Shown here: piece by piece, positions 10,834 through 21,258 of the stretch
Layout of the letters: each line of letters starts with the position of its first letter
Numbering within the stretch: the first letter of the stretch is position 1
Assembly: GCA_965248535.1 (NCBI GenBank)
Contig: CBDFJR010000005.1
Coordinates: forward strand, 1 to 64,000
From: Phormidesmis sp.
GTDB taxonomy: Bacteria > Cyanobacteriota > Cyanobacteriia > Leptolyngbyales > Leptolyngbyaceae
DNA: 64,000 nt
Direction: 5' to 3'
Made by a program: the position numbers and the translations under genes
The notes under the pieces: model-generated
Seen by the model: only the letters and a program-made list of their open reading frames with translations
Databases searched by the model: none
Told to the model about the DNA's origin: nothing

Positions 10834-10997
10834 GGTGGTGTTGTTCTCGCTAGTGAGAGGTGAAAAAGACCGTGGAAAAGCCACAGTCTACAAATATAGC
10901 ACTATGTTTAGGCGCTAGAGTTGGCCAACATTGAGGTGCGGAAAGAATCAGGACGAAGGACATTCGCCCTGACTAAAAATGTCTACTCCTCAACGGT

Positions 10998-11510
10998 CTA
11001 GCTGATCGTCAAAATCCAGGTGCCGATGTCGCGCAACAGAGGCACATCGCCCGGAGACAGCACCCGGCAGTTGAAGTAGAACATGCCGCCATTGCTGGGG
11101 TTTTTGACATTTGAGAAGATTAACTCGACGTTTGACCCGGCGGGCACCGGGTCTTTTGGGAAAACTTCAATTACGTAGTTTTCTTTCTCCCACTTGACTT
11201 CTTGAATGGGCACTGATTCGTCATTGACCATCAGTTCGACGCTCTTGGGGTCAAAGGTGCCTTTGTAGTAGTCGGGATAGTCGATCGAGAACTGCGCGAC
11301 GGCGACCTTCATGCGTTTGCGCTCGATTCTTAACCGATAGCGATCCCAGGCGTTGGTGCGGCCGTCAAAGTCAAGGTGATAGTCGAGTTGATCCTCGCGT
11401 TTGACTCCACTGAAGAGCGTCAGTCCCGGTAGCCCTTCCGAGAGGGCCAGGATCGGAAGCCCTGCGACCAGGCAACCCGCGATCGTCAAGGTTGACACAA
11501 CACGTCGCAT
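10998..11510 (-). CDS. DUF2808 family protein
   Basis: Signal peptide, VKNP..GGMFYFN motif; usual neighbour of rpmH in cyanobacteria. Confidence 0.8.
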   Translation of the reverse strand: MRRVVSTLTIAGCLVAGLPILALSEGLPGLTLFSGVKREDQLDYHLDFDGRTNAWDRYRLRIERKRMKVAVAQFSIDYPDYYKGTFDPKSVELMVNDESVPIQEVKWEKENYVIEVFPKDPVPAGSNVELIFSNVKNPSNGGMFYFNCRVLSPGDVPLLRDIGTWILTIS

Positions 11511-12011
11511 CGAAAATCCTCTAAGCAGCATAGGCGTTTGACCTGAAAACAAGGGTGAGTAGTTAAGAAAGTAACCGCCGTCAACGAGGGGTGTCCCTAC
11601 TGACATTATCAGCTATCTCAGTGAAATAACTCAGTGAGCAGCGATCGCAATGCGTGACGAGATCAGTCTTAAGAAGGTGCCCCGGTCTAGCGGCGATCGG
11701 TCGGGAATGTTTGAGCGATTAACCTGAACGCTAATGCAAAAGACTTCATCAAACTGCATGAACTTAAGTTGAAAAGTTTTACGCTCTGCGGACATTTTGT
11801 GATTCATGCGCTTAGAAATGACGCTTGTCTAAAGATAGGTTACGGATTCAATTCTAGTTTGTTAAAAATTGAGTCCTAACATAAGTCAACTGAAAAATCC
11901 TATTAAGGTAATCAAATTAGGATGCCATGCCCTCTCTATAGCGTTTAACCTTCAAGTTTTAGTTGAGCGGGCAAAGATTTAACCGTTGACTCTATAAAAT
12001 GGGGGTGTTTT

Positions 12012-13622
12012 GTGACGATCGCCATCAATAAACAGTCGGAAACTAGCCATCTGCCTGAATCTGAAGACCCTATACAAAAAAAGATTGGCATTCCCAAAGA
12101 GATTTTAGTGGGCGAATGTCGGGTAGCTGCTACCCCAGACACGGCTAAACTACTGCAAAAATATGGCTTTGAAGTCTTAATTGAAACGGGTGCTGGCAGT
12201 GCTGCAAATTTCTGTGATGATGCCTATCAACAGGCAAATTGTCGAATCATTGCTGACCCTGAAACCCTTTGGGCAGAGGCCGATTTAATCTTGAAAGTAC
12301 GCGCTCCTGATCATCATTCTGATCTCGACAAACACGAAACAGACCTGCTGCGAGAAGGTGGAACTTTGATCAGCTTCATTTGGGCAGCGCAAAACCCAGA
12401 ATTAATCAAAAAATTGGCAGCGAGAAAAGCAACCGTCTTGGCAATGGATGCCGTGCCTCGCATCAGTCGGGCCCAAAAACTAGATGCCCTTAGCTCAATG
12501 GCAAACATTGCCGGATATCGAGCCGTGGTCGAGGCTGCCAATCAGTTTGGGCGCTTCTTTACTGGGCAGATCACGGCGGCTGGAAAAGTCGCTCCGGCTA
12601 AGGTGATGGTGATTGGCGCGGGCGTTGCAGGATTAGCGGCGATCGGAACTGCCCGAAGCTTAGGCGCGATCGTGCGGGCATTTGACACCCGTCCTGTCGT
12701 CAAAGAGCAGGTCGAAAGTTTAGGGGCTGAGTTCCTAGAGTTAGCGTTTGAGGAAGACGGCACCGGAACGGGTGGCTACGCCAAGGTGATGAGTCCTGAA
12801 TTCATCAAAGCGGAGATGGAGTTATTTGCGGCTCAAGCCAAAGAAGTCGATATCATCATCACCACCGCCTTGATTCCCGGTAAGCCTGCGCCCAAGCTGA
12901 TTACCAGAGAGATGGTTGAAAGCATGAAAGAAGGCTCTGTGATTGTCGATATGGCAGCCGAGCAAGGGGGCAACTGCGAGGTTACAAAACCTGGAGAGAT
13001 CTATCGCCACAACGGCGTGACCATTATTGGGTTAACCGATCTGCCTAGCCGCATGGCCAATCAAGCTAGCCAGCTTTATGGCAAAAATCTGTGTCACCTT
13101 TTAGATGACATGGGCAGACACGACAATCATCAAGTTGATCTAGATGATGAGGTCGTTCGAGGGGCGTTAGTCGTTCACAACGGCGAAATTATGGCACCGC
13201 CGCCTCGACCTGTGGCTGCTCCTCAAGTTGCTCACCCGATCGCAAGCCCAGATGTGCAATTGATTCAAGTCTTGCCAAAGAAAAACTTGAGCGGACTATG
13301 GGCTGGGTTGATTGGAGTCGCGTTGGTGGCGATCGGAGCCACTGCCCCAGCCTCATTTCTTTCCCATTTCACGGTGTTTGTGCTGTCGTGTTTTGTCGGC
13401 TGGCAAGTGATCTGGAACGTCAAACCAGCTTTACACACCCCGTTGATGAGTGTCACCAATGCCATTAGCGGCATCATCATTGTCGGCGGAATGCTGCAAA
13501 TCTCTGGCGCGCCAACTTCGCCCACCACAATTTTAGGCGCGATCGCGATCCTGGTCGGCACCATCAATATTTCCGGTGGTTTCCTAGTCACGCAACGAAT
13601 GCTCAAGATGTTTCAACGATAA
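12012..13622 (+). CDS. pntA: NAD(P) transhydrogenase alpha subunit
   Basis: RISRAQKLDALSSMANIAGY, GAGVAGL, LHTPLMSVTNAISG. Confidence 0.97.
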   Translation: MTIAINKQSETSHLPESEDPIQKKIGIPKEILVGECRVAATPDTAKLLQKYGFEVLIETGAGSAANFCDDAYQQANCRIIADPETLWAEADLILKVRAPDHHSDLDKHETDLLREGGTLISFIWAAQNPELIKKLAARKATVLAMDAVPRISRAQKLDALSSMANIAGYRAVVEAANQFGRFFTGQITAAGKVAPAKVMVIGAGVAGLAAIGTARSLGAIVRAFDTRPVVKEQVESLGAEFLELAFEEDGTGTGGYAKVMSPEFIKAEMELFAAQAKEVDIIITTALIPGKPAPKLITREMVESMKEGSVIVDMAAEQGGNCEVTKPGEIYRHNGVTIIGLTDLPSRMANQASQLYGKNLCHLLDDMGRHDNHQVDLDDEVVRGALVVHNGEIMAPPPRPVAAPQVAHPIASPDVQLIQVLPKKNLSGLWAGLIGVALVAIGATAPASFLSHFTVFVLSCFVGWQVIWNVKPALHTPLMSVTNAISGIIIVGGMLQISGAPTSPTTILGAIAILVGTINISGGFLVTQRMLKMFQR

Positions 13623-13628
13623 ACAGTG

Positions 13629-15029
13629 ATGTCAAATAACTTGATGACCGTCGCTTATATTGCGGCGAGTGGTTTGTTTATTCTCAGCTTGGCGGGGTTG
13701 TCTAACCAAGAAACCTCCCGCAAGGGGAATTTCTACGGCATCGCCGGGATGCTGATCGCCTTTGTCGCTACCGCTTTTGGCAGTGGCACGACGAACTATG
13801 GGGTTTTGGTAGGAGCGCTGTTGCCAGGCGTGTTGATCGGAGCAAGTTTGGCTTCTCGTGTGGCGATGACTGAGATGCCGGAGTTAGTCGCTGTCTTGCA
13901 CAGTTTTGTGGGCATGGCGGCAGTGTTGGTCGGCATTGCCAACGATTTGCAGCCCCCAACCTTGGCAGGCACTGAAGCCACCATTCACGAAGTTGAAGTT
14001 TTTGTGGGCGTATTTATCGGAGCGATCACATTTACAGGCTCGATCGTGGCCTTTGGCAAGCTGCGCGGCGTTCTCAGCAGCAAACCGCTGATGTTGCCCG
14101 GTCGTCACGGTTTGAATCTGGCCCTGTTAGGCACCTGTGTTTGGTTGGGTGCCCAGTTTATGGGTGGGGGCCTTCTTACGGGATTGCAATCGCTGCTGCT
14201 GATGACCGGAGTCGCATGTCTGTTAGGCATTCATCTGGTGATGGCGATCGGGGGTGCCGATATGCCCGTCGTGATCTCAATGCTCAACAGCTATTCAGGG
14301 TGGGCCGCTGCCGCCGCCGGATTTATGCTCTCTAATGATTTGCTGATCATCACGGGTGCCTTAGTAGGCAGCAGTGGCGCAATTCTCAGCTACATCATGT
14401 GCAAGGCGATGAATCGATCGTTTATCAGCGTCATCTTAGGCGGATTTGGAGCCAACGCTGGGACGACTTCTCAGAGCAATCAGCCAACGGGCGAAGCAAA
14501 ATCGATCTCGATCGACGACACCACGGAGCTTTTGGAAAACGCCAAGAGCGTGATCATCGTTCCGGGCTATGGGATGGCGGTGGCCCAGGCCCAGCATCCG
14601 ATCTCTGAGATTACCAAGACGTTGCGCGATCGGGGCATCAAAGTCCGGTTTGGCATTCACCCCGTGGCAGGTCGGCTACCCGGACACATGAACGTGCTGT
14701 TGGCAGAAGCGAATGTGCCCTACGACATTGTTCTAGAAATGGACGAAATCAACGAGGATTTTCCTGAAACCGATGTAGTGCTGGTGATTGGAGCCAACGA
14801 TACCGTGAATCCAAGTGCGATGGAACCGGGAAGCCCGATCGCCGGAATGCCCGTTCTTGAGGTGTGGAAAGCCAAAACCGTAATCGTCATGAAGCGGAGC
14901 ATGGCTAGCGGCTATGCAGGGGTCGAAAACCCTTTGTTCTATAAAGAAAATGCTCACATGCTGTTTGGCGATGCCCGAAAAAATGCCGATGCGGTTGTGG
15001 GCAAGTTAAGTGCTCTTGTCGCTTGTTAA
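13629..15029 (+). CDS. pntB: NAD(P) transhydrogenase beta subunit
   Basis: [36 protein letters not shown]. Confidence 0.97.
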   Translation: MSNNLMTVAYIAASGLFILSLAGLSNQETSRKGNFYGIAGMLIAFVATAFGSGTTNYGVLVGALLPGVLIGASLASRVAMTEMPELVAVLHSFVGMAAVLVGIANDLQPPTLAGTEATIHEVEVFVGVFIGAITFTGSIVAFGKLRGVLSSKPLMLPGRHGLNLALLGTCVWLGAQFMGGGLLTGLQSLLLMTGVACLLGIHLVMAIGGADMPVVISMLNSYSGWAAAAAGFMLSNDLLIITGALVGSSGAILSYIMCKAMNRSFISVILGGFGANAGTTSQSNQPTGEAKSISIDDTTELLENAKSVIIVPGYGMAVAQAQHPISEITKTLRDRGIKVRFGIHPVAGRLPGHMNVLLAEANVPYDIVLEMDEINEDFPETDVVLVIGANDTVNPSAMEPGSPIAGMPVLEVWKAKTVIVMKRSMASGYAGVENPLFYKENAHMLFGDARKNADAVVGKLSALVAC

Positions 15030-15085
15030 CCTTCGCCGGGTGACCCATCGGCTGGACTAGAGGAAAGGTGCCAGAGAGCCAGCTA

Positions 15086-15865
15086 TCACTTCACCTGAAC
15101 AGAGAACGAGTATTTATATCCTTTGTAATTGGAGTCGAGTTCTAACGTGTAGTCGCCTGTCATGGCGAGTTCTCCTGTCCAGGATGTTTGACGATCGTCG
15201 CCCCCTCCCAGTGCTTTGCTATTGGGAGCCACAATTGTCGGCAGAGTGCCCCGATCGCTGGTCACCTTTAGCGTCTGACCTTTAGCCAAATTAAAGCGAT
15301 ATCGGTGAGAGCCAGTCCCTATAAAGCGTTCGGCAATCGTCACCGAGTCGCCCCCAGTCCCAAAACTCACCCGCTCCGTTTTGTCGTTGCAACCGCTATC
15401 GGTTTGGCTGCGGGCAATCCATCCTTTGACCGGAGTGGTGATGGCAAACCAGCCATCTAGCTCACTGGCAACGGTCACAAACGTGTCGTTTTTAAGCGTT
15501 CCGACCACATTGCCTGGGTCGATCGTGGGCTGCGATCGCACATTCAACGGTGGGTTAGCATCCGCTACCTTCGCCATCGTGACTTTACAGGTTTCCACTT
15601 TTCTAGAAGCTGCTTCTGGTTCCTGAAGCTTTGCAGGCAGAGGCTCAGAACTGGGCTTGACTGGCTCCGAAGCCTGAGGGGTTGTTCCGTCAGCGATCGG
15701 CGTAGTCGGCTCTGCATTCGGTTTAGAAACCGGAGAGACGATCGTAGTCGGGGCCACCGCCGGAAGAGGTTGAGGATTTTGAGATTGCATCATGGCGGAG
15801 GTCACGCCCGTCACGGCCGCCACGCCCGTTAACCCTGCCGCAATCAAAATAGCTTTCGTGTCCAT
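15086..15865 (-). CDS. SH3b-domain secreted or membrane-anchored protein
   Basis: N-terminal hydrophobic helix, Pro-rich linker, DANPPLNVRSQP...GW...KGWI. Confidence 0.75.
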   Translation of the reverse strand: MDTKAILIAAGLTGVAAVTGVTSAMMQSQNPQPLPAVAPTTIVSPVSKPNAEPTTPIADGTTPQASEPVKPSSEPLPAKLQEPEAASRKVETCKVTMAKVADANPPLNVRSQPTIDPGNVVGTLKNDTFVTVASELDGWFAITTPVKGWIARSQTDSGCNDKTERVSFGTGGDSVTIAERFIGTGSHRYRFNLAKGQTLKVTSDRGTLPTIVAPNSKALGGGDDRQTSWTGELAMTGDYTLELDSNYKGYKYSFSVQVK

Positions 15866-15932
15866 AAATTGAGAATAGTAGCGATCGCTCTTAGCTTCAT
15901 CAAGAACTCAGCAAAAATCGGAATTCTAACTC

Positions 15933-16069
15933 ATACCAATTTCGGATGCAATTGCGACTGATCGTTCAATCCGACGGGGCACGGCATGCCATGCCCCTAC
16001 GCTTTTTGTACGGGCATGGCATGCCGTGCCCTCGTGCGGATTTGTCGGATTCACAAATCAAATTGGTAT
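15933..16069. repeat. REPIN-like element: inverted pair of GTAG-type REP palindromes inside 10-bp terminal inverted repeats
   Basis: 15977-16000 GGGCACGGCATGCCATGCCCCTAC and 16008-16031 GTACGGGCATGGCATGCCGTGCCC; ends ATACCAATTT / AAATTGGTAT. Confidence 0.75.
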
Positions 16070-16071
16070 CA

Positions 16072-16812
16072 CTACTTGGGTTGATGGTTAGACACCCCAG
16101 CACCCTGCTGATGATGAGAAATCGCTTGCTTCACCAAGGGGGTAAACTTCTCTCTCCAATATCGAATATCTGGAATTTCCTCCACCAGCTTCAGCACATC
16201 TGCTGCTCTGTTTTCCTTAAGAGCAGTTTGCGCTTTTTGATACAACTCCTCGGCCCGTTTCCATTGATTGGGCATCGTTCTGAGAGCAGCCTGCGCTTGG
16301 GCATAAACAGAACTGTCTTCAGGAATTGTTTTGACCAGTTTGATAGCCAAATTTAAATCGCCGGACTGATAATCCTCGATCGCGTCAGCCAACACTTGAT
16401 GCCCGACATCTGTCTTCAGGGCAACCGATCTGGCAAGCTCGGCTTGTTCAGCTTGATCACAAATTGTTCTGGTTAACGATTTATCAACCCAGCCCGGCAC
16501 GGGCGCACTGACTTGCAGCCATCCTCGCTGTTGACCAATCACCGTTATAGGGTCTCCATCTTGAACTCCCCCCACAATATTGTTAAAGCGATCGGTCGGA
16601 GCCGCCCGCACATTCAACGGCGGTTGTGGATCGTTGACGATCGTCAAACATCCCTTAAAGTTCGATAGCGAATCAGATGCTAACTGAGCCGTTTGAGGTA
16701 GCGGTTGAGGTTTCAAAACTACATACCCAGTCCCCATCACGGTGATCATCGCCGTCACCCACGCCCCCACACCCAGCGGAGACTTCAAAATCTGATTCAC
16801 CCTGAAAGCCAT
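16072..16812 (-). CDS. SH3b-domain protein with helical C-terminus
   Basis: TM helix, then NDPQPPLNVRAAP...GWLQV...GWV. Confidence 0.75.
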   Translation of the reverse strand: MAFRVNQILKSPLGVGAWVTAMITVMGTGYVVLKPQPLPQTAQLASDSLSNFKGCLTIVNDPQPPLNVRAAPTDRFNNIVGGVQDGDPITVIGQQRGWLQVSAPVPGWVDKSLTRTICDQAEQAELARSVALKTDVGHQVLADAIEDYQSGDLNLAIKLVKTIPEDSSVYAQAQAALRTMPNQWKRAEELYQKAQTALKENRAADVLKLVEEIPDIRYWREKFTPLVKQAISHHQQGAGVSNHQPK

Positions 16813-16969
16813 GTCAATGCCTCAAGCTTTGCGATTAGACAACTGCGCTCCCAGTTATCAATCTTGACTCTGGGGCGATGCTGCCTGTAGGTTGCCCAAA
16901 GCCACCCATAAAAGCTCTCATAGCCCCTGATAGACCCATCCAGTTTTTAGAGGCATTACTACTACTGGG

Positions 16970-17506
16970 CTACTTAACCGGGACTCGATAACGACTGGCA
17001 ATCTCATTAAACAATCGGTAATACTGACCAAACTTTTGATTAGGAGCACTGCCCCGCCAATAATAGCGAGTTTTTCCTTCCACTAAAGTCAGCATTAACG
17101 AGCTTGATTGGGCCCCGATCGTAGCCTCCAAGTTTCCCGGCACACCCTGTAGAGTTGTGAAATTGAGCAAAAAGCGAGAGGGCTTAGAACGATCTCCTCC
17201 CACCCCTCTCTTAAGATTGGCGCTCTGGGCTGGCGGCTCATAGCTCGCCCACCCCCGAATCTCTACCTCTGGATTTTGCGGATCGCCAAAGGCAACCCCA
17301 TCGCGATTCTCTGGCGGAATCGACTCAACCCAGCGATCGGGATAGGGAAACTCAAACCCAAACCGCTCATTGCTGTAGGTTCTCCAAGTCGTGCCAAACG
17401 TCGCATCATGAGACCCACAACCGCTCATAAAACCTGCTAAAACAATTCCCAGCAAGACTTTCACAATACAAGATTTGCCAATTAACGTCGAAATCTTAGT
17501 ACTCAT
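16970..17506 (-). CDS. Putative lipoprotein
   Basis: Lipobox-like MSGC; WRTYSNERFGFEFPYP motif. Confidence 0.65.
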   Translation of the reverse strand: MSTKISTLIGKSCIVKVLLGIVLAGFMSGCGSHDATFGTTWRTYSNERFGFEFPYPDRWVESIPPENRDGVAFGDPQNPEVEIRGWASYEPPAQSANLKRGVGGDRSKPSRFLLNFTTLQGVPGNLEATIGAQSSSLMLTLVEGKTRYYWRGSAPNQKFGQYYRLFNEIASRYRVPVK

Positions 17507-17523
17507 TTGTAAACGAATGTAAC
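17506..17523 (-). promoter_or_regulatory. HLR1 (RpaB-binding) motif
   Basis: Minus strand GTTACATT-CG-TTTACAAA, an exact match to (G/T)TTACA(T/A)(T/A)-N2-(G/T)TTACA(T/A)(T/A). Confidence 0.7.
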
Positions 17524-17615
17524 AATAATGCTGTCATGCAGGGTTAGCATCTTGACAGCTTTTAACCTAGCCGATATGGTTACTCATATACCCGGGTAAA
17601 ACGACCGAGAGTCCT

Positions 17616-17966
17616 ATGCAAGACAAGCAAAAAGTCACGTTGTATCTTCCGCCAGAACTGCACCGTCAACTCAAAATTAGAGCGGCTGTCGCTGCCGAGG
17701 CCATGTCGGCCCTAGCGGAGAAAGCACTTATCTTTTACTTGACTCACCCTGAAATGGTTGAGCAACTAGAAGGGGTTCACGGTCAAACTCACCGGATCTA
17801 CAACTGTCCTGAGTGTACGTCTCCCGTTGCCCTCAAAGACGGCGAAATGGTTGCTTTAGGCAAGCAATCCGGTGTAACTGCCGATGAAGGGATTCCTGTT
17901 GGCAAAGCTCAAAAAGTCGGTTCTGCTGCGGGCAACCAGGGAGAAGGCGAACTCGTTCCCTGCTAA
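17616..17966 (+). CDS. Ribbon-helix-helix protein, slr0373-like
   Basis: KVTLYLPPELHRQLKIRAA (RHH) plus CPEC; first gene of the ycf46-ycf35 operon. Confidence 0.75.
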   Translation: MQDKQKVTLYLPPELHRQLKIRAAVAAEAMSALAEKALIFYLTHPEMVEQLEGVHGQTHRIYNCPECTSPVALKDGEMVALGKQSGVTADEGIPVGKAQKVGSAAGNQGEGELVPC

Positions 17967-18098
17967 TGTTTTTACTCTGTTTTAGTTTAAAGATTTTCAA
18001 TGCTCTCGTTGTATAGCCACTGCTCTGTGGTGCTTATAGCCGAGAGTTGAGAAACCACTATTCGATAGTCTGAGCCGTTTCTTATGGGTTCGGTGGTT

Positions 18099-19607
18099 AT
18101 GCAAGAAGAGCTAAATATTCTCATACAGGCTCAATATCCTCTAATCTACCTGGTGACCTCAGAAGAGGAACGGGCTGAACAGACAATCGCGACGATCGCC
18201 CAAGCCAAGCCTCTGCGCCGAGTCTTTCTCTGGACGGTCACTCACGGAATTGTTGAGTATGGGCAACCCCGCAACGTCACCCAACACAACACGGTCTCTC
18301 CAGAAGCCGCGATCGAGTGGGTGATGCGACAAAAGGAGCCGGGCATCTTCGTCTTCAAAGACCTGCACCCATTTATTGATTCGCCTGCCGTCAATCGGTG
18401 GTTGCGAGATGCAGTGGCTAGTTTCAAGGGCACTCAGAAAACGATTCTGCTGATGTCTCCCGTGCAGACGGTGCCGATCGAGTTGGAGAAAGAAGTTGCC
18501 GTCATTGATTTCGCAATGCCCACTATGGGAGAGCTAAATCAGGTGCTAACTCAACAGCTAGACCAAAACAAGACTCGTCGCATCACCACCGAGACTCGTG
18601 AAAAACTTTTAAAAGCTGCCTTAGGGCTGACGCGAGACGAAGCTGAAAAAGTCTATCGTAAAGCACAGTTCACTGCGGGTCGTCTGACCGAAGAAGAAGT
18701 TGATATTGTTCTTTCTGAGAAGAAGCAACTCATTCGTCGAAACGGTATATTAGAGTACATTGAAGAAGACGAAACGATCGACTCGGTAGGCGGACTGGAA
18801 GAGCTAAAGCGCTGGTTAAAGCAACGCTCTGATGCTTTTACAGAACGAGCCAGAGAATACGGTCTTCCCCAACCGAAGGGAATGCTGATTCTAGGGGTTC
18901 CGGGCTGTGGTAAGTCGCTGATCGCTAAAACCACGTCTAGACTGTGGGGGTTGCCCCTGCTGCGTCTGGACATGGGTCGAGTCTACGACGGCTCAATGGT
19001 GGGGCGATCGGAGGCAAATCTTCGCAATGCGCTCAAAACCGCCGAGTCGATTTCTCCAGCCATCCTGTTTATTGATGAGATGGACAAAGCCTTTGCAGGT
19101 AGCACTGGGTCGGCTGACTCAGACGGCGGCACCTCAAGCCGGATCTTTGGCTCGTTCCTCACTTGGATGCAGGAAAAAACCTCTCCTGTGTTTGTGATGG
19201 CGACCGCCAACCGCGTTGAGCGTCTCCCTGGCGAGTTTCTGAGAAAAGGACGGTTCGACGAACTCTTCTTCGTCGATCTGCCCAACGCCGAAGAGCGGAA
19301 AGACATCTTTAGAATTCACCTATCCAAGCGCCGTCGAGAAATAGAGAGATTCGACCTCGACCAGCTAGCCAACGTCTGCGACGGCTTCTCTGGCGCTGAG
19401 ATAGAACAAGCATTGGTCGCCGCGATGTATGAAGCCTTCGCGCAAGACCGAGAGTTTACCCAATTGGATATCATTGCGGCCAGCCGAGCCACGATGCCGC
19501 TATCCAAGACTATGACCGAGCAGGTAACAGCCCTACGGGATTGGGCTAGGCAGCGAGCGCGACCTGCTGCGTCCTCAGTCGCCGAATATCAGCGACTTGA
19601 GTTCTAA
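18099..19607 (+). CDS. ycf46: Ycf46 AAA ATPase (slr0374-like)
   Basis: GVPGCGKS, ILFIDE, RKGRFDE, intact C-terminus WARQRARPA..EYQRLEF. Confidence 0.9.
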   Translation: MQEELNILIQAQYPLIYLVTSEEERAEQTIATIAQAKPLRRVFLWTVTHGIVEYGQPRNVTQHNTVSPEAAIEWVMRQKEPGIFVFKDLHPFIDSPAVNRWLRDAVASFKGTQKTILLMSPVQTVPIELEKEVAVIDFAMPTMGELNQVLTQQLDQNKTRRITTETREKLLKAALGLTRDEAEKVYRKAQFTAGRLTEEEVDIVLSEKKQLIRRNGILEYIEEDETIDSVGGLEELKRWLKQRSDAFTERAREYGLPQPKGMLILGVPGCGKSLIAKTTSRLWGLPLLRLDMGRVYDGSMVGRSEANLRNALKTAESISPAILFIDEMDKAFAGSTGSADSDGGTSSRIFGSFLTWMQEKTSPVFVMATANRVERLPGEFLRKGRFDELFFVDLPNAEERKDIFRIHLSKRRREIERFDLDQLANVCDGFSGAEIEQALVAAMYEAFAQDREFTQLDIIAASRATMPLSKTMTEQVTALRDWARQRARPAASSVAEYQRLEF

Positions 19608-19764
19608 AAGCTTTCTCCTGCTCCCACAGGAGGAAAGACTAGCATTCAGTCGTGTCTGCTAGTGGTTTCAGAAGAGCAATTAGCCATCAGTCATCTCTGA
19701 GCGCTAAGAGCGAATAGCTAACTAAACGTTGTTGTTGTTTTCAAATTTCCACGGAGGAAACCCA

Positions 19765-20118
19765 ATGTCTCACTTTAGCACTCTGCGCACCAAGATTACC
19801 GACGCTGAAATCCTCAAGTCCTCTCTGCGTGACCTGGGCATCAACGTCAAGACCGAAGCTGACGTTCGTGGTTACAACGGTCAGCGCGTTCGCTCTGACA
19901 TCGTTGCCATCCTCGAAGGCGAATATGATTTGGGCTGGTCTCGCAATGCTGATGGTTCTTTTGACTTGATCGCTGACCTCTGGGGTGTGGCTAAGAAGCA
20001 CAACCAGACCGAGCTGATCAACTCCATCAACCAGAAGTATGCCGTTAACAAGACGCTTTCTCAAGTCAGCCGTCCTGGGTTGCAAAATGCGAACGTTCAA
20101 GTAGTTCTGCAAAAGTAG
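19765..20118 (+). CDS. ycf35: Ycf35/DUF1257 protein
   Basis: MSHFSTLRTKITD..; GGAGG RBS upstream. Confidence 0.88.
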   Translation: MSHFSTLRTKITDAEILKSSLRDLGINVKTEADVRGYNGQRVRSDIVAILEGEYDLGWSRNADGSFDLIADLWGVAKKHNQTELINSINQKYAVNKTLSQVSRPGLQNANVQVVLQK

Positions 20119-20141
20119 TTTCTCTGCGCGTTCCCAAGCTG

Positions 20142-20173
20142 GCGGGTTAACCATGAGGTTAGCCCGTTTTTTT
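20142..20173 (+). terminator. Intrinsic terminator
   Basis: GCGGGTTAACC-loop-GGTTAGCCCGT followed by a T-run. Confidence 0.75.
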
Positions 20174-20209
20174 GTGCCAAAATAACACTGCTGCCCTCAT
20201 TCATCTGCC

Positions 20210-21082
20210 ATGAAGCCCTTGGACAAAGACCTAGAGATTAAGATTCGATCGCTGCTGCGATCGTGTGGACAGCAAGCAAAACACATGGCAACCGAGGGAC
20301 TACAAGTCTTTCAAAAAGGCCCCGGTGATTTTGTCACCAATGTCGATCAGATGCTCGATCTCCAACTCACGACCGAGTTTTCTGCACTCTTTCCGCACGA
20401 CGGCGTGATCACTGAAGAAAATGCAGCCTCTAGAAAGCGGTTTCAGGAGAACTACTCGCGTTTGTGGTGTATCGATCCCTTAGATGGCACTGACGACTTT
20501 ATTCACAGGCAAAAAGACTACGCTGTGATGGTGGGGCTGCTGGAAAATGAGCAGCCAACGGCGGGTTGGATCTACGCCCCCGAAGCAGATATGAGCTACT
20601 TTGGTGGCAAAGATCTTGGCTTGTGGCAAGTGATCGCAGATAAGACTCCAGACCCAATCACGATCGGGGAGCCAAAATCTTCTGGCGAACAAACGGTGAT
20701 TATTGGCATTAAGGATCGACAAAATTTTGGAGCGGCGATCGCGGCTCAAGTCCCAGAAATCACGTTTGGCTTCTCTCAAGGCAGCTTTGGGCTAAAGGTG
20801 ATGAATGTGATTCTCGGTCACGCTGGAATGTACATCTATTTAAATGGACGAGTCAAAATTTGGGACACCGTGGGCCCGCTCGCCCTGGCCAAAACCGCCG
20901 GGTTAATCTGCTGTGACCTGGATGGCAACCCGATCAGCTATGCCCCAAACGCGATGGATTTAGAAACTTTAGCCCATCAGCAATCTATTGTCATTGGTTG
21001 GGCATCTTATATAAAGTTGCTGTTGCCGAGAATGAGAACCGCGATCGCCCCCATCCTTCAATCTGAGCAATCCCGATCGTAG
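20210..21082 (+). CDS. Inositol monophosphatase/CysQ family phosphatase
   Basis: DFVT..D, WCIDPLDGT, WD motifs. Confidence 0.9.
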   Translation: MKPLDKDLEIKIRSLLRSCGQQAKHMATEGLQVFQKGPGDFVTNVDQMLDLQLTTEFSALFPHDGVITEENAASRKRFQENYSRLWCIDPLDGTDDFIHRQKDYAVMVGLLENEQPTAGWIYAPEADMSYFGGKDLGLWQVIADKTPDPITIGEPKSSGEQTVIIGIKDRQNFGAAIAAQVPEITFGFSQGSFGLKVMNVILGHAGMYIYLNGRVKIWDTVGPLALAKTAGLICCDLDGNPISYAPNAMDLETLAHQQSIVIGWASYIKLLLPRMRTAIAPILQSEQSRS

Positions 21083-21258
21083 AGATGCATCAGGCGGTTT
21101 CAATCTCTCAACCCCAATCTGCCTCCATTTAAGAATTTGTAGATTTGCTCTAAAGCAAGTTTATTAATTTCTGTCAAGATAGAGAAAATGTGTCTCATCT
21201 GACCGTTTTCAACCTCTATTAACCCTTTACCCCAAACTTCTATCCTGAAGATCTTTTC

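Noticed and set aside
15946..16356. 136-aa plus-strand ORF
   Set aside because: Runs through the REP element and is antisense to the SH3 gene
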